From Batkoa obscura (lineage: Eukaryota): a stretch of 64,000 nucleotides of DNA. The stretch spans positions 62,001 through 126,000 of the forward strand of contig JASVEC010000023.1 in the NCBI GenBank assembly GCA_030770535.1. Direction: 5' to 3'. How positions within the stretch are numbered: position 1 is the first letter of the stretch; the number at the start of each line of letters is the position of its first letter. Position numbers and translations under genes: made by a program. Of this stretch, positions 63,218-64,000 are shown piece by piece. Under the pieces are notes generated by a model. It searched no databases and was not told the origin of the DNA. It saw only the letters and a list, made by a program, of their open reading frames with translations.

Positions 63218-64000
<783 letters not shown>

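Overview
Very AT-rich, intron-rich eukaryotic DNA. The gene set suggests a fungus, most likely an early-diverging lineage (inference from Dam1, Atg22, a Conidiobolus-style F-box/LRR gene, NTAQ1, TXNL4B and a large XMAP215). About 25 host genes with short GT-AG introns are recognisable: F-box/LRR, PIS1, NTAQ1, an Edc1/PNRC-motif protein, Osh1/2-like, TMEM223-like, Bet v1/SRPBCC, TSC1, Kelch-BTB, MED8, a Dam1-domain protein, ABD1, ATG22, FMT1, CTU2, TXNL4B/Dim2, RNF14/Itt1, a fungal TF-like gene, PWWP, zf-C3HC, PRP19, RMP1/NEPRO-like, GYP8/TBC1D20, XMAP215/Alp14 and the 3' part of a SERCA. The most striking unannotated structure is a coherent DNA-transposon system with four parts. (1) An intact Sola2-like DDD transposase element at 60443-63089 with three ends: an extra inverted copy of its 3' end abuts the true 5' end. 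(2) Thirteen ~95-100 bp MITEs with related GGGGATGT/ACATCCCC-type ends and 4-bp AT-rich TSDs. (3) A G>A/C>T-eroded fossil copy at 40454-42245, in which a MITE sits at each of two ~0.7 kb deletion junctions. (4) A nested solo-LTR-like insertion inside that fossil. Family assignments come from recalled motifs, not database searches, and exon boundaries were read by eye.
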